This document shows positions 1 through 9,235 of a stretch of 64,000 nt of DNA, piece by piece. The DNA is taken from contig CBDAOB010000004.1 in NCBI GenBank assembly GCA_965197905.1, positions 1,152,001-1,216,000 of the forward strand, read 5' to 3'. The position numbers and the translations under genes are program-made. Within the stretch, counting starts at the first letter, position 1. Each line of letters begins with the position of its first letter. Source of the stretch: Candidatus Latescibacterota bacterium (GTDB lineage: Bacteria; Latescibacterota; UBA2968; UBA8231). Under the pieces are notes generated by a model that did not search any database, was not told the DNA's origin, and was given only the letters and a program-made list of their open reading frames with translations.

Positions 1-99
1 GTGCTGCGTCAGACGACACTGGCCGACCTGACGCACGGTCCGTCTCAAAAAGAAACAGTTTACTCACCCGGCATGATCGCTATCTCCGATGTTACTTGA
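1..99 (+). CDS. 3' end of a gene entering from the left, possibly an Rrf2-family regulator
   Basis: Frame 1 reads VLRQTTLADLTHGPSQKETVYSPGMIAISDVT* and is followed by a terminator. The 'VLxxTTLADL' tail resembles the C-terminal helix of Rrf2/IscR proteins, but only 32 residues are visible. Confidence 0.4.
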   Translation: MLRQTTLADLTHGPSQKETVYSPGMIAISDVT

Positions 100-124
100 G
101 CATACCAAAATTTGAGCCACTGCG

Positions 125-154
125 CCCTCGGCTTTCTAGCCGAGGGTTTTTTTT
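125..154 (+). terminator. Intrinsic terminator
   Basis: Perfect 9-bp stem CCCTCGGCT/AGCCGAGGG with a 4-nt loop, followed by T8. Confidence 0.9.
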
Positions 155-259
155 GGTGGATGATGCCAGCGCAATTCACATTGGTCACACAAGGTCGGAA
201 CGACACTCTTGCGCCAATAGATTGAAATTGAAATCACTATAGTTGCATAGCATTTCAGC

Positions 260-288
260 TTGCCAGAAAAAATGAGTTTCGTTATTTT
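260..288 (+). promoter_or_regulatory. Candidate sigma70 promoter for the histone-like gene
   Basis: TTGCCA-N17-TATTTT in an AT-rich intergenic region about 80 nt upstream of the ATG at 367. Confidence 0.4.
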
Positions 289-366
289 TGCAACTAAATG
301 TAACGTATTGTTTTGCAGTTCGATGCAAAAGAATATGACCCACTAGCCAACCGAGGGAGGAGCTTA

Positions 367-630
367 ATGGCTAAGGCGAAACGTAAGAAGGCAGCGCCGA
401 AGAAGAAGAAAGCGGCTGCCAAGAAGAAGGCAGCTCCAAAGCGGAAGAAGGCGGCTGCCAAGAGGAAGAAAGCAGCGCCGAAGAGGAAGAAAGCAGCGGC
501 AAAGAAGAAAAAAGCTGCTCCGAAGCGGAAGAAGGCGGCTGCCAAGAAGAAGAAGGCAGCGCCGAAGAGGAAGAAAGCAGCGGCAAAGAAGAAAAAAGCT
601 GCTCCTAGGAGGAAAGCAAGAAGGAGATAA
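367..630 (+). CDS. Histone H1-like Lys/Ala/Pro-rich basic DNA-binding protein (87 aa)
   Basis: SD GAGGGAGG precedes ATG 367. The protein has 11 K(R/K)KK-AA(P/A) units, 50 of 87 residues are Lys/Arg and none is acidic. It has its own terminator. Confidence 0.85.
   Translation: MAKAKRKKAAPKKKKAAAKKKAAPKRKKAAAKRKKAAPKRKKAAAKKKKAAPKRKKAAAKKKKAAPKRKKAAAKKKKAAPRRKARRR
379..609 (+). repeat. Coding tandem repeat, 21-nt unit with 84-nt higher-order duplication
   Basis: A 50-nt block at 472-521 is exactly repeated at 556-605 (84-nt offset). Confidence 0.85.
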
Positions 631-637
631 ACCCTTT

Positions 638-2629
638 TCAGATTTTCGAAGCGGCGTCGGTCCCTGGATCGACGCCGCTTTTTTTTGTCAGGTCTCGAAG
701 AGCCTTTTCCCTCAGCGCTAGGTATTTGGCAGGGGAGTACTCGGGAAGCTGAGATTCCCGAAGATCGAACCCGAACGCGCGTTTGCTCAGCACGATAATC
801 GGGGGAGCCTGCACGCGTTTGAAATAGCTTACCCGCAGCAACCGCTCAACCTGCTCCAGGTCTTCGATCCAACTCCGGACCGTCGGAAAATAGCTTCGGA
901 AAGCAGCTGGATCGTTCCAGCCTATGTTCTCAAGCAAACGACCGTCCACGAACCAAGTAAGAAAGTCCATGGGGTGTTTCCGATATTCGATCATTTGACG
1001 GAGAACCGCATCGTGATAACCGTATTTGATAGGGTCTCCTAGACCTTGGGTCACATCCTGCTGTTCGGAAAGCTCGGCGCTGGGAACCGTGGTGCCGTCT
1101 AGAAGATTTTGGGGAATGAGATCGGACTTGAATACCTCCCTGTTTAGGAATCGAGCCAGCTCGAGCACCTGCACCTTGTACAGGTCAGCTATCGGGGCAA
1201 TGGCCCCGTTGACATCGCCGTACAGGGTGGCATACCCGAGCGCGGTTTCGGTCTTGTTGCCGTTGTTGGTATAGACCAATCCGAACTTGGCTGCAAGACC
1301 GGAAAGAATGTCTGCCCCTCGAATTCGGGCTTGAACATTCTCATCAACCAGCCGAGTATATTCTCCGGCTTCGCCACGAAATTGTGCTTCCAGAATCGCC
1401 TCGGACAGGTGGTCGTAGAGCTTCTGTATCGAAAACTCGAGCATCTCAACGCCGAGGTCAGAGCAGAGCTGGCGGGCGTTATTCCGGGTAATGGATGAGT
1501 TGAAACGGCTGGGCATGTTTACCGCCAGTACACGTTCCTTCCCGAACGCCCCGACCAGCAAGGCGGCAACGGTACTCGAATCCACTCCGCCGCTCACCCC
1601 CACCAGGTATTTTCCGTCGTTGCCGCGAAGTTGATCCAGATGGCGCAGCCCTGTGAGTATGCCATCGTAAATCGCCTCTATCTCGCTCTGGGCGGGTGGC
1701 GCCGCCGCGTTGCGGGAGACCCATACCATCTCCTCCCGCCATGGCCGGGCTCGGCATGCGACACTGCCGTCGCCCGAATACACGGTCGTATCACCGTCGA
1801 ATACGATCACGTTCTTACCGTTGTTCTGTGCGCCCACCTGATTTACGTAAAATAATGGAATGGGTGATCGTTTGAGCATCTCGGAGACGACCCGATTCCG
1901 CTTGTCATTCTTTTTCCACGTCCAGGGAGATGCCGAGAGATTGAACAGGGCGTCGGCTCCCCTTGCATGGTACATCTTGAGAGTATCGAGCATTTGGCAG
2001 TCGGCACGGTAATCCTGGCACCAGATATCCTCGCATAGCTGGACCCCGAACGAAAAAGTCTCCCCGTTTTTCCGTACGATCTCGAACGGCACCATCCATT
2101 CGTCGAGCGAACAACCCCGTTCGGCCGACAATTTCCGCAGAGAGTAGAAATGCCGGTCATCGTCGAAGAACCGATAGTTGGGATGCAGGGTCTTGGGTTG
2201 TACACCGGGCGCGAACTCCTTCGGACCTCTCCCAAGAAATTTCATGTTGCTGCAGACCCATACAGCGTTGTATTTCCGGATACGTCCGTCTTCACCGATC
2301 TGAGCTGCGTCCGTGACGACATTGCCGAACAGCACCGTTACCCCTTCACTGGCGCTGCGAACTTCGTCGCTGTACGCGACAAAGTCTTCGACAACGGCAT
2401 CCACCTCCCACAGATCACCGAGAATGTAACCCGAGATGCACAGTTCCGAGAACACGATGATCTCGGCCCCCCCATCGCGAGCCCGCTCAATGTAGCTCCG
2501 CATCTTGGCGACGTTGAGGTCCGGTCGTGCGGGCAGAACTTCCATCTGCACCAGGACGATCTCCGGTAGATCCTCGATTATCACGATCGGCTCTTCTCTC
2601 GGCGTACGTTCGGCAAGGAAACAACACAT
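638..2629 (-). CDS. nadE: Glutamine-dependent NAD+ synthetase
   Basis: N-terminal nitrilase-like domain with the E/K/C triad (FSELC, QPKT, LCED). C-terminal synthetase domain with VSGGVDS, ENVQARIR, NKTE, GYATLYGD and FKRxQAPP. The true start may be the GTG near 2584. Confidence 0.93.
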   Translation of the reverse strand: MCCFLAERTPREEPIVIIEDLPEIVLVQMEVLPARPDLNVAKMRSYIERARDGGAEIIVFSELCISGYILGDLWEVDAVVEDFVAYSDEVRSASEGVTVLFGNVVTDAAQIGEDGRIRKYNAVWVCSNMKFLGRGPKEFAPGVQPKTLHPNYRFFDDDRHFYSLRKLSAERGCSLDEWMVPFEIVRKNGETFSFGVQLCEDIWCQDYRADCQMLDTLKMYHARGADALFNLSASPWTWKKNDKRNRVVSEMLKRSPIPLFYVNQVGAQNNGKNVIVFDGDTTVYSGDGSVACRARPWREEMVWVSRNAAAPPAQSEIEAIYDGILTGLRHLDQLRGNDGKYLVGVSGGVDSSTVAALLVGAFGKERVLAVNMPSRFNSSITRNNARQLCSDLGVEMLEFSIQKLYDHLSEAILEAQFRGEAGEYTRLVDENVQARIRGADILSGLAAKFGLVYTNNGNKTETALGYATLYGDVNGAIAPIADLYKVQVLELARFLNREVFKSDLIPQNLLDGTTVPSAELSEQQDVTQGLGDPIKYGYHDAVLRQMIEYRKHPMDFLTWFVDGRLLENIGWNDPAAFRSYFPTVRSWIEDLEQVERLLRVSYFKRVQAPPIIVLSKRAFGFDLRESQLPEYSPAKYLALREKALRDLTKKSGVDPGTDAASKI
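649..686 (+). terminator. Intrinsic terminator of the histone-like gene, overlapping the 3' end of convergent nadE
   Basis: AAGCGGCGTCG...CGACGCCGCTT stem followed by a T run ending at 686. Confidence 0.85.
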
Positions 2630-2786
2630 TCATCTGTTTGGTTCCACAGATTGCGCTAAAATATAGGCAAATAGGATCAAGGTGCGGCGCCCGCCCGGTG
2701 GAGCCGGGCGCGGAGTGGTGTTATGTTAAAAGCTCGAATCCGGACAAAAATTCGCCTCACAACCCTTAATCATTCGAGGAAGACTC

Positions 2787-3377
2787 ATGAAACGGCACTT
2801 CGTTTTGCTGTGTTTCGCAGGACTCTTGATTCATCCAGATTGGGTGACAGCCGAGCTGAAGTTGGGTTACATAGACTCGGAATTGCTGAAGAAGAACCTG
2901 CCCGAATTCAAACAGGCCCAGCGCCAAATGGACGGTCTGCGAGAGCAGTACGAGCGCGAAATGGGCGATCGTCAGAGTAGGCTCATTAAGATGCAGGAAG
3001 ACTTCCGCAAGCAAGAGCTACTCATGAGCGAAGCCAGGAAAACAGAATTGCAGGCGGAGTTCGAACAGCAGATGATGCAGTTGGAGGAATTCAGGGTTAC
3101 AAAGTTTGGACCCGAGGGGGAGCTGGTTCAAAAGAACTTCGAGCTCTCGGCACCCATATTTGAATGGGTCAACGAAATCCTTCAGGAGGTTGGAAGAGAG
3201 GGCACCTACGATTTCATCTTCGATGTTGGCCGGAACAGTGGGATCGTCTATGCCGCGGAGGGTAAATACGACCTGACGGATATCGTATTGGAACGTCTCG
3301 AGGTCGCGCGGGAGAAAAAGCGGGAGGCAGGTGAAAAACAGGGCGAGACGGAGGACGAACCGGAAACACAGGAGTAG
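2787..3377 (+). CDS. skp: OmpH/Skp periplasmic chaperone
   Basis: Signal peptide, KLGYIDS start, long coiled coil and YDFIFD motif. Confidence 0.88.
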   Translation: MKRHFVLLCFAGLLIHPDWVTAELKLGYIDSELLKKNLPEFKQAQRQMDGLREQYEREMGDRQSRLIKMQEDFRKQELLMSEARKTELQAEFEQQMMQLEEFRVTKFGPEGELVQKNFELSAPIFEWVNEILQEVGREGTYDFIFDVGRNSGIVYAAEGKYDLTDIVLERLEVAREKKREAGEKQGETEDEPETQE

Positions 3378-3387
3378 GAGCTGCGTA

Positions 3388-4153
3388 TCAGAGAACCTTT
3401 GCTATCTCTTCCAACAACCTCTTCTCGAAATCGGCAGTTTTGCTCACGAAACTTGAAACCGCAAGAGCCCTGAGCTGAACAACCGTGTCGGATTTGATCT
3501 CACCGGAGAGCACCACAATCGGGGTATCCAACTGCAGGTTGCGGCGCAGCAGGCGAATGGCCCTGTTCCCCTCTAAAGTCTGGTAGATTCAGATCCATCA
3601 GGATAAGATCGAACCGGTTGGATTTCAACACGTCGATGGCCGCCTTGATCAGGCCGGCCACTTCCACCCGGTAACCTTCCTTTTCTAGAAGATTCTTTAC
3701 CATTGCCTGAATCATCTGGGAATCGTCGACGACCAGAACGGAGGTTTTTTTCAGGGGTTCCGGCGCAGCTTGGGACGGATCCTGCTCTCCGCCGAGAGCT
3801 ATTTCGATCGTCATCTGGAGCTCCCGTTGCTTAAAGGGTTTCAGCACGTAGCCGCTGGGTCGCGTCAACTTGGCGCGCTGGAAGTTGTAGTCGTCTGTGT
3901 GGCTGGTTACGTAGATAATCGGTACATCTGATCTCTGCCGAATCTGTTCCGCGGCCTCGACACCGTCGAGGCTGCCCGAGAGGTGGATGTCCATCAGCAC
4001 CAGATCGGGGTTTAGCTCGAGCACTTTTTCGACCGCTTCTTCACCCGTGGTAGCGACGCTTGCAGTAGCATGCCCCATCTCCTCAACGGTCAGATGCAAC
4101 AGGCTCGACACATCTGGCTCATCATCGACAATTAGGATTTGTTTCTGCGCCAT
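3388..4153 (-). CDS. Response regulator with two receiver domains (1-nt frameshift at about 3561-3571)
   Basis: Contains ILIVDDE/DLVLMD/YVLKP and a second VLVVDD/DLILMD. Removing one G restores AIRLLRRNLQLDTPIVVLSG...FVSK...KVL*, ending at 3388. Confidence 0.85.
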
Positions 4154-4221
4154 ATATGAACCTCTGAATACTGCTTGCTCGATTCAAATAAATATATCGA
4201 ATTGGCTGTAACCCTCAAGGA

Positions 4222-7200
4222 TTAGTCGCCCTTCAGCGCAGATATAAGGGGGGATCGAAGCCCGGTCAGCGTCGCCGCAAAAACGGCAATGGTCCCGGTC
4301 GCGAAAACCGCCGCCAAAGTGGCCCAAATGGACCCCCACGGGACCTGCGCCGCCCGATATGCTGCATGCGGCGCCACCGCGATCGCGGCCGCGACGAGGC
4401 CACAGGCGATACCAGCCGCCAGCAGAAATGTGCATTCGCTAAAGAGCACAACGGTCAAACTGCGCCCGTTGTATCCGCACGCCCGCAACACCGCCAGCTC
4501 CGCCCTTCTTTCGACAATGTTGCGCCACAACACGACTCCCAGGCCGATCGTTCCAAGCAGTAGACCGAGGCCGCCCAGCAGCTGAAAGGTTCCCAGGTAG
4601 GTATTCTCCACCTCGCGGTATCGGGCCAGTCGATCGCCCGTGGCGGTGATGTCGAGTCCGTACTCGGACAGTGTATTCTCCAGAATCGCCGAGATCTGCC
4701 GGTCACGTTTCCCGGCAGTGTGCAGCAGAAAGTAGCTGTGACCATGGAAACCGGGGAAGTTACGCGTGAACTGCTCGTCCGAGATCAATAGTTCGCTCTG
4801 AAATAGCGAACCTTTCATAAGGCCGATGATGCGCAGCGTGATCCGCTCACCAGAGCGATTCTTCACCTCAATCTCATCCCCGAGACCTAGGTGCAGAATC
4901 CACTGAGCCGAATTGTAATCGGCGAAGGCTGGAATGACGTCGGAGATCTCCTCGTCCAGGAGCACCCACGGGTTTCCCCCTGTGAATCCGGGCGGAAGCG
5001 CCTGAAACGAGAACCCCCCGCGCTGCACAAGGCGGTTCGGAACCCCCAGAATGCGAGGTCGTTGGGGTCGGTAGAGGTTGAGGCAGCTGATATCTTCGCC
5101 GGGCAAACTTCGCAACGACAAGACGGTGGTCCCTTCGAGATGTTCTTCGTCAGCCGGGTTGAAGCCGAGCTCGTAACGCCCCAGCGCCGAATCCAGGTCT
5201 CGCAACAGCGGCACATCCGATTCGGCTACGAGAGTGAATCCGCCGGCTCCACCGTCGACTCTTTGCAACTCATTTAAGGATGGATGAGTGACTCGATTGG
5301 CCCCTACGGCTACCAGAATGAAACTGGCCGCACTGACCAGGGCGATGCAAAGCAGGGCACGACCCGGTCGACTGCGGTTGTTGCGCAAGCCCATTTGGAT
5401 CAACGAAACCCATCCTCGGTTGACTAATGCTCCCGAGCCAACTCCACGTTGCCACCACGCGCTCAACCCGGCCAAAGCCGCCACGAGGACGAGCAGGCCG
5501 GTCGCATAAAACATGCCGGCGCTCTTCGCCCCGTCCATGGCGGTCCCCAGGACCGCGGTTGCAAATCCGGTCCCAAGAGTCATCATTGACAGAAGAAGGG
5601 CTTTCTTTGGGGTTCTCGATCTTGAGGCCGTGGTTGTGATCCCGCGCAACAGGGATGTTACGGGCATGGTCTCCAGGCGCTTCACTGCCACCACCACGGT
5701 CAATACCGCCAGCAAAACGGAGATCGCGAGCCCGCTCGCCATGGTCGATGGCACCAGATGGACCGTGAGATACGTCGTGCCTACAGCAGCGACCCACCAG
5801 GTCCGAAGACCCTCGAGCATCAACCAGGCATACGCGACGGCCATCCCCAGCCCGACGAGACCCCCTGCCAGCGCCAAGTACCCCCCCTCCAGAGCGAAAC
5901 GGCGACTCACAGCACTGCTCGAAAAACCGACCGACCTAAGGTATCCCACCTCGGGAGCTCTTTTTTCTAAGCCCAACCCAAACAACAGCACTGCCAGCAG
6001 CATCGCCGACACGATCAAGAAGATGCTGAACCCGATGAAGAGACCGCTGAAATCGGTCGCGCCGGATGCCGCCTCGAGTCCCTGCTCTCTCAATGGCTGG
6101 AAAACCAGGCCAGCTTCCCCTCCATCGAGCCGGGACAGCAGCGCCTTTTCGAAGCGTTGGAGCGTAACTTCCCGCGCTGCTTCGTCCATCGGTCCGACCC
6201 AGATCGAGGTGAGGTCACCGAATCGACTGCGCCAGAGATTCTGCCCGGTTGCGCTGGCGACAAACGCTTTGGGCGTAGCTTGGAAGGCATCCCAGTATTC
6301 TTCGTCGACTGGACGAATCGATGTAAGGTCCATGGGGAACGGCGCCTCCCACGAAGCCATATTGTCATGTTCGCTCAGTCCCGGAAATGGGGGTGTCAGA
6401 AACCTGCGAGCGGCGAGCTCCCGGTGCGCAACAATCCCGCCAAGGGTGAACTCTTTAGTGACGGTAATCAGCTGGTCCCCTGGACCGGGAATGAAGTAGC
6501 TCACCGAAATCGGCTCCCCCGGCTCGACGCCAAGATCGTTCGCCGCCCACGAATTCAACAGAATCTCGTCTGCGGCCAGGCCGGATACAGTGGAGCCGTC
6601 CTCCAGATACAGGGATTGGAAACCGGACTCCGGCACGGGTGGGTCCACGGCCGTAATCGTGGAGTACGGAACGACACGGCCTTGCCCCTCTATGGTTACT
6701 GCGAGATAGGTCAATATTGGCAGTGCGGGAACGCCGATTTCGGCGGCCGCCTCGCGCGCTGCCGCCGCCAGCTTGGCCGGAATCATAAATTGCCGACTCT
6801 CCACCACAAAAAAACCTTCCTTGGGCGACAGCCCCAAGCCGAGATCCTGCAACAGCAAAACCTCATCCAACCCCTTCTGCAGAACAGTGATGGAATCCGC
6901 GACTTCACCCTCAGGGGCCGATGCCAAAAGCGCGTTGACCTCCGCCATACGATCAACCGTTTTCTGCAGATCACCGAGACGCACGAAAGCGTTGTAAGGT
7001 TGGGACTGCTGGGCGAACAAACTGAAGCGACCGATATCTCGATCGGGCACAACCCCGACCAGGACGACACGCAACAGCCGGGTGTGCGCTGCGCGCGAAC
7101 CAAACACGAACTCCGGCGCCACATCGAAGTTCCCTCCCACCGCCAGCAGGATGACATCCCCTAGATCCACGCGTAGTTGCTGCTGAAGAGCGGCATTGAT

Positions 7201-7617
7201 CACAAGGGGCGGAAACGGATTTTGGGACAGGATGCCGTTCGAGTCGTCGAATAGCTTGAGCAGCCCATGACCGCTGCCGGGAAAGAGCCTGGCGAAGTTC
7301 GAGTCGACGCCGCACATCTGAATCTTCGTAGCTCGCAGTCCCGTCTCGGGCACAGAGGCGCTGCCGCGCAGCAGAATGGCGGAAACGACGCGAAAATTCG
7401 TTCGGTTCGTAAGATCGGCGGCGATGGTGGTACGGAAGAAACGATCGGCGACGATGCCATGATCGATGGAGCCCAGTCGCTCGAGTGCAAGATCTCGCAA
7501 ACTGCCGCGGACCGAGTCCCCGACGATCAGCGCCCCGGTCAATACGGCAGTAGTGATTGCAAATCCCAGCACCACGGCCATATGAAGAGGCCAGAAATAC
7601 CTCAGGCTTCGGAGCAA
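4222..7617 (-). CDS. Large fused MacB/FtsX-type ABC transporter permease (1131 aa)
   Basis: Two FtsX-like TM bundles (KRAPEVGYLRSVGF; ERRAELAVLRACG) with large periplasmic domains. Overlaps the ATPase gene. Confidence 0.88.
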   Translation of the reverse strand: MLRSLRYFWPLHMAVVLGFAITTAVLTGALIVGDSVRGSLRDLALERLGSIDHGIVADRFFRTTIAADLTNRTNFRVVSAILLRGSASVPETGLRATKIQMCGVDSNFARLFPGSGHGLLKLFDDSNGILSQNPFPPLVINAALQQQLRVDLGDVILLAVGGNFDVAPEFVFGSRAAHTRLLRVVLVGVVPDRDIGRFSLFAQQSQPYNAFVRLGDLQKTVDRMAEVNALLASAPEGEVADSITVLQKGLDEVLLLQDLGLGLSPKEGFFVVESRQFMIPAKLAAAAREAAAEIGVPALPILTYLAVTIEGQGRVVPYSTITAVDPPVPESGFQSLYLEDGSTVSGLAADEILLNSWAANDLGVEPGEPISVSYFIPGPGDQLITVTKEFTLGGIVAHRELAARRFLTPPFPGLSEHDNMASWEAPFPMDLTSIRPVDEEYWDAFQATPKAFVASATGQNLWRSRFGDLTSIWVGPMDEAAREVTLQRFEKALLSRLDGGEAGLVFQPLREQGLEAASGATDFSGLFIGFSIFLIVSAMLLAVLLFGLGLEKRAPEVGYLRSVGFSSSAVSRRFALEGGYLALAGGLVGLGMAVAYAWLMLEGLRTWWVAAVGTTYLTVHLVPSTMASGLAISVLLAVLTVVVAVKRLETMPVTSLLRGITTTASRSRTPKKALLLSMMTLGTGFATAVLGTAMDGAKSAGMFYATGLLVLVAALAGLSAWWQRGVGSGALVNRGWVSLIQMGLRNNRSRPGRALLCIALVSAASFILVAVGANRVTHPSLNELQRVDGGAGGFTLVAESDVPLLRDLDSALGRYELGFNPADEEHLEGTTVLSLRSLPGEDISCLNLYRPQRPRILGVPNRLVQRGGFSFQALPPGFTGGNPWVLLDEEISDVIPAFADYNSAQWILHLGLGDEIEVKNRSGERITLRIIGLMKGSLFQSELLISDEQFTRNFPGFHGHSYFLLHTAGKRDRQISAILENTLSEYGLDITATGDRLARYREVENTYLGTFQLLGGLGLLLGTIGLGVVLWRNIVERRAELAVLRACGYNGRSLTVVLFSECTFLLAAGIACGLVAAAIAVAPHAAYRAAQVPWGSIWATLAAVFATGTIAVFAATLTGLRSPLISALKGD

Positions 7618-8276
7618 ACCCCACTCACCAGATCAGCGCGACGCTCGCAGCGAACGGCCAGCTCGGCACTGTGGGTAACAATGATAAGAATCGAAGGTCG
7701 GTCGGAGTGAAGCTCGAAAAGGAGCGCGATGACGGCCGCAGCAGCTTCGCGATCCAGATTACCTGTGGGTTCGTCGCACAGCAGAACCGACGGCTCGTTG
7801 ATCAACGCGCGGGCGACCGCGGCGCGCTGGCATTCACCCCCGGACATCTCGCCGGGTCGATGATCGAGGCGGTGGCCCAACTCGACGCGATCCAACAGAG
7901 ACTTTGCCCGTTTCAGAGCGTCCCTGCCACTACTGCGGTACGGCCAGGTGGGGACGAGCACGTTCTCGAGAAGCGAGTACTGAGGCAGCAGGTGATGGGC
8001 CTGGAAAACGAAACCGATGTGTTGGTTTCGGAAACGGGCTAAGTCCACCTCGCTGAGATTGCCCGGGGCGGTGCCATCGATGGTCACCGTACCGGAGGAA
8101 GGAGCGTCCAACGTTCCCAACAAGTGAAGGAGAGTGCTTTTGCCGGATCCAGATGGTCCGCTGATGGCCAACGATTCGCCCTGGCGCACGGATAGGTTTA
8201 CACCACGGAGTACCTCTACGTCGCCGAAGCGTTTGCAAAGATCTCGAGCCTCCACTATTCCCGTTTTTTCAGTCAC
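7602..8276 (-). CDS. ABC transporter ATP-binding protein (LolD/MacB-like)
   Basis: Walker A GPSGSGKS, MSGGECQR, LLCDEPTGNLD and VTH. Start placed at GTG 8276, overlapping the thioesterase stop. Confidence 0.92.
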   Translation of the reverse strand: MTEKTGIVEARDLCKRFGDVEVLRGVNLSVRQGESLAISGPSGSGKSTLLHLLGTLDAPSSGTVTIDGTAPGNLSEVDLARFRNQHIGFVFQAHHLLPQYSLLENVLVPTWPYRSSGRDALKRAKSLLDRVELGHRLDHRPGEMSGGECQRAAVARALINEPSVLLCDEPTGNLDREAAAAVIALLFELHSDRPSILIIVTHSAELAVRCERRADLVSGVCSEA

Positions 8277-8691
8277 CAGTCGCCACCTCAATCTTGTCGG
8301 CGATGAATTTGGGTATCGCGACGGACTCCAGGCTGCTGTCTGCATGGCATATGCAGCACGCCACCACGATGTGCCCCCGAGCGATGTGGGTTGCATCACA
8401 GGTGATGTTGAAAGCGTAAGCTATAGACTTTTCGCTGCGTCGCTCAACGGTCAGCTCAATCTCCAGCTCATCCTCGAAACGAGCGGGGTTGAGATATTCG
8501 CAGTCGGCGGTCAAGCGGGGGAAACCGAGCTGCTTGCCCTCCCATTCCAAGGCAACGCTCAGCCCGAGAGATCGGAGAAAATCGTGTTCAGTGGCCTCCA
8601 TGAATGCAAAAAATCGCGAGAAGTGCACGATGCCTGCCATGTCGGTGTCCGCAAACTCGACCGTTCTTCTAGTTCTGTGCTGTGATGCCAT
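8269..8691 (-). CDS. Acyl-CoA thioesterase (4HBT/YbgC hot-dog family)
   Basis: RTVEFADTDMAGIVHF and YLNPARFEDEL motifs; 140 aa. Confidence 0.9.
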   Translation of the reverse strand: MASQHRTRRTVEFADTDMAGIVHFSRFFAFMEATEHDFLRSLGLSVALEWEGKQLGFPRLTADCEYLNPARFEDELEIELTVERRSEKSIAYAFNITCDATHIARGHIVVACCICHADSSLESVAIPKFIADKIEVATGD

Positions 8692-8758
8692 GATATCTAC
8701 TCGCGGACCGAGCCGACAATGAGCTTGCCCGATGAAGCTGCCGAGGCGGTCGGATGCA

Positions 8759-9235
8759 TCAGGAGCCAGGTTTGAAATAGGTCACTAGAAACCCGCCGAG
8801 GGCGGCCAGCGCAATGCCCAGCATGAACGGCCAGCGCACGACGGCAAGACCTCCCGCTGGTGGATGCAGGGCCGTCGCCACCACCGCGTTGACGATAGGA
8901 GCGCCGGCGAAGACGATGGACATCACCACCGTTGGAGTCCCCTTGGCGCCAAACGCCAGCAGCACACCCAACGCCCCGATGGCACCGACAAATCCGGCCA
9001 CCGTCGACCAGCCCGCACCGCGCGCCGGGAAATTCCAGGAAGCGCCATTGACGACGAGCACGATGAGCGACCCGATAACGGCGGTGATGAGGTAGGCCAC
9101 GCCGACAAACAGATACGCCTTGTACCTGCCGTTTATGGGATCGGCCATAGCACCCTGCCCAATGTGGAGAAAAACCCCGTAAAGACCCCAGGACAAAACC
9201 GTGATGAGAGCAAAGATCAACCAACTCATGTTCAC
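8759..9235 (-). CDS. Small multi-pass membrane protein, EamA/DMT-like
   Basis: 158 aa with about five hydrophobic helices and a 'LSWGLYG' start typical of single EamA domains. ATGA overlap with the upstream gene. Confidence 0.7.
   Translation of the reverse strand: MNMSWLIFALITVLSWGLYGVFLHIGQGAMADPINGRYKAYLFVGVAYLITAVIGSLIVLVVNGASWNFPARGAGWSTVAGFVGAIGALGVLLAFGAKGTPTVVMSIVFAGAPIVNAVVATALHPPAGGLAVVRWPFMLGIALAALGGFLVTYFKPGS

Noticed and set aside
294..586. Phe/Ala-rich and Ser-rich minus-strand ORFs
   Set aside because: They are antisense shadows of the Lys/Ala repeat gene; the SD and terminator support the + strand.
379..609. Periodic repeats as a CRISPR array
   Set aside because: There are no unique spacers, the repeats are in-frame coding units, and no cas genes are present.
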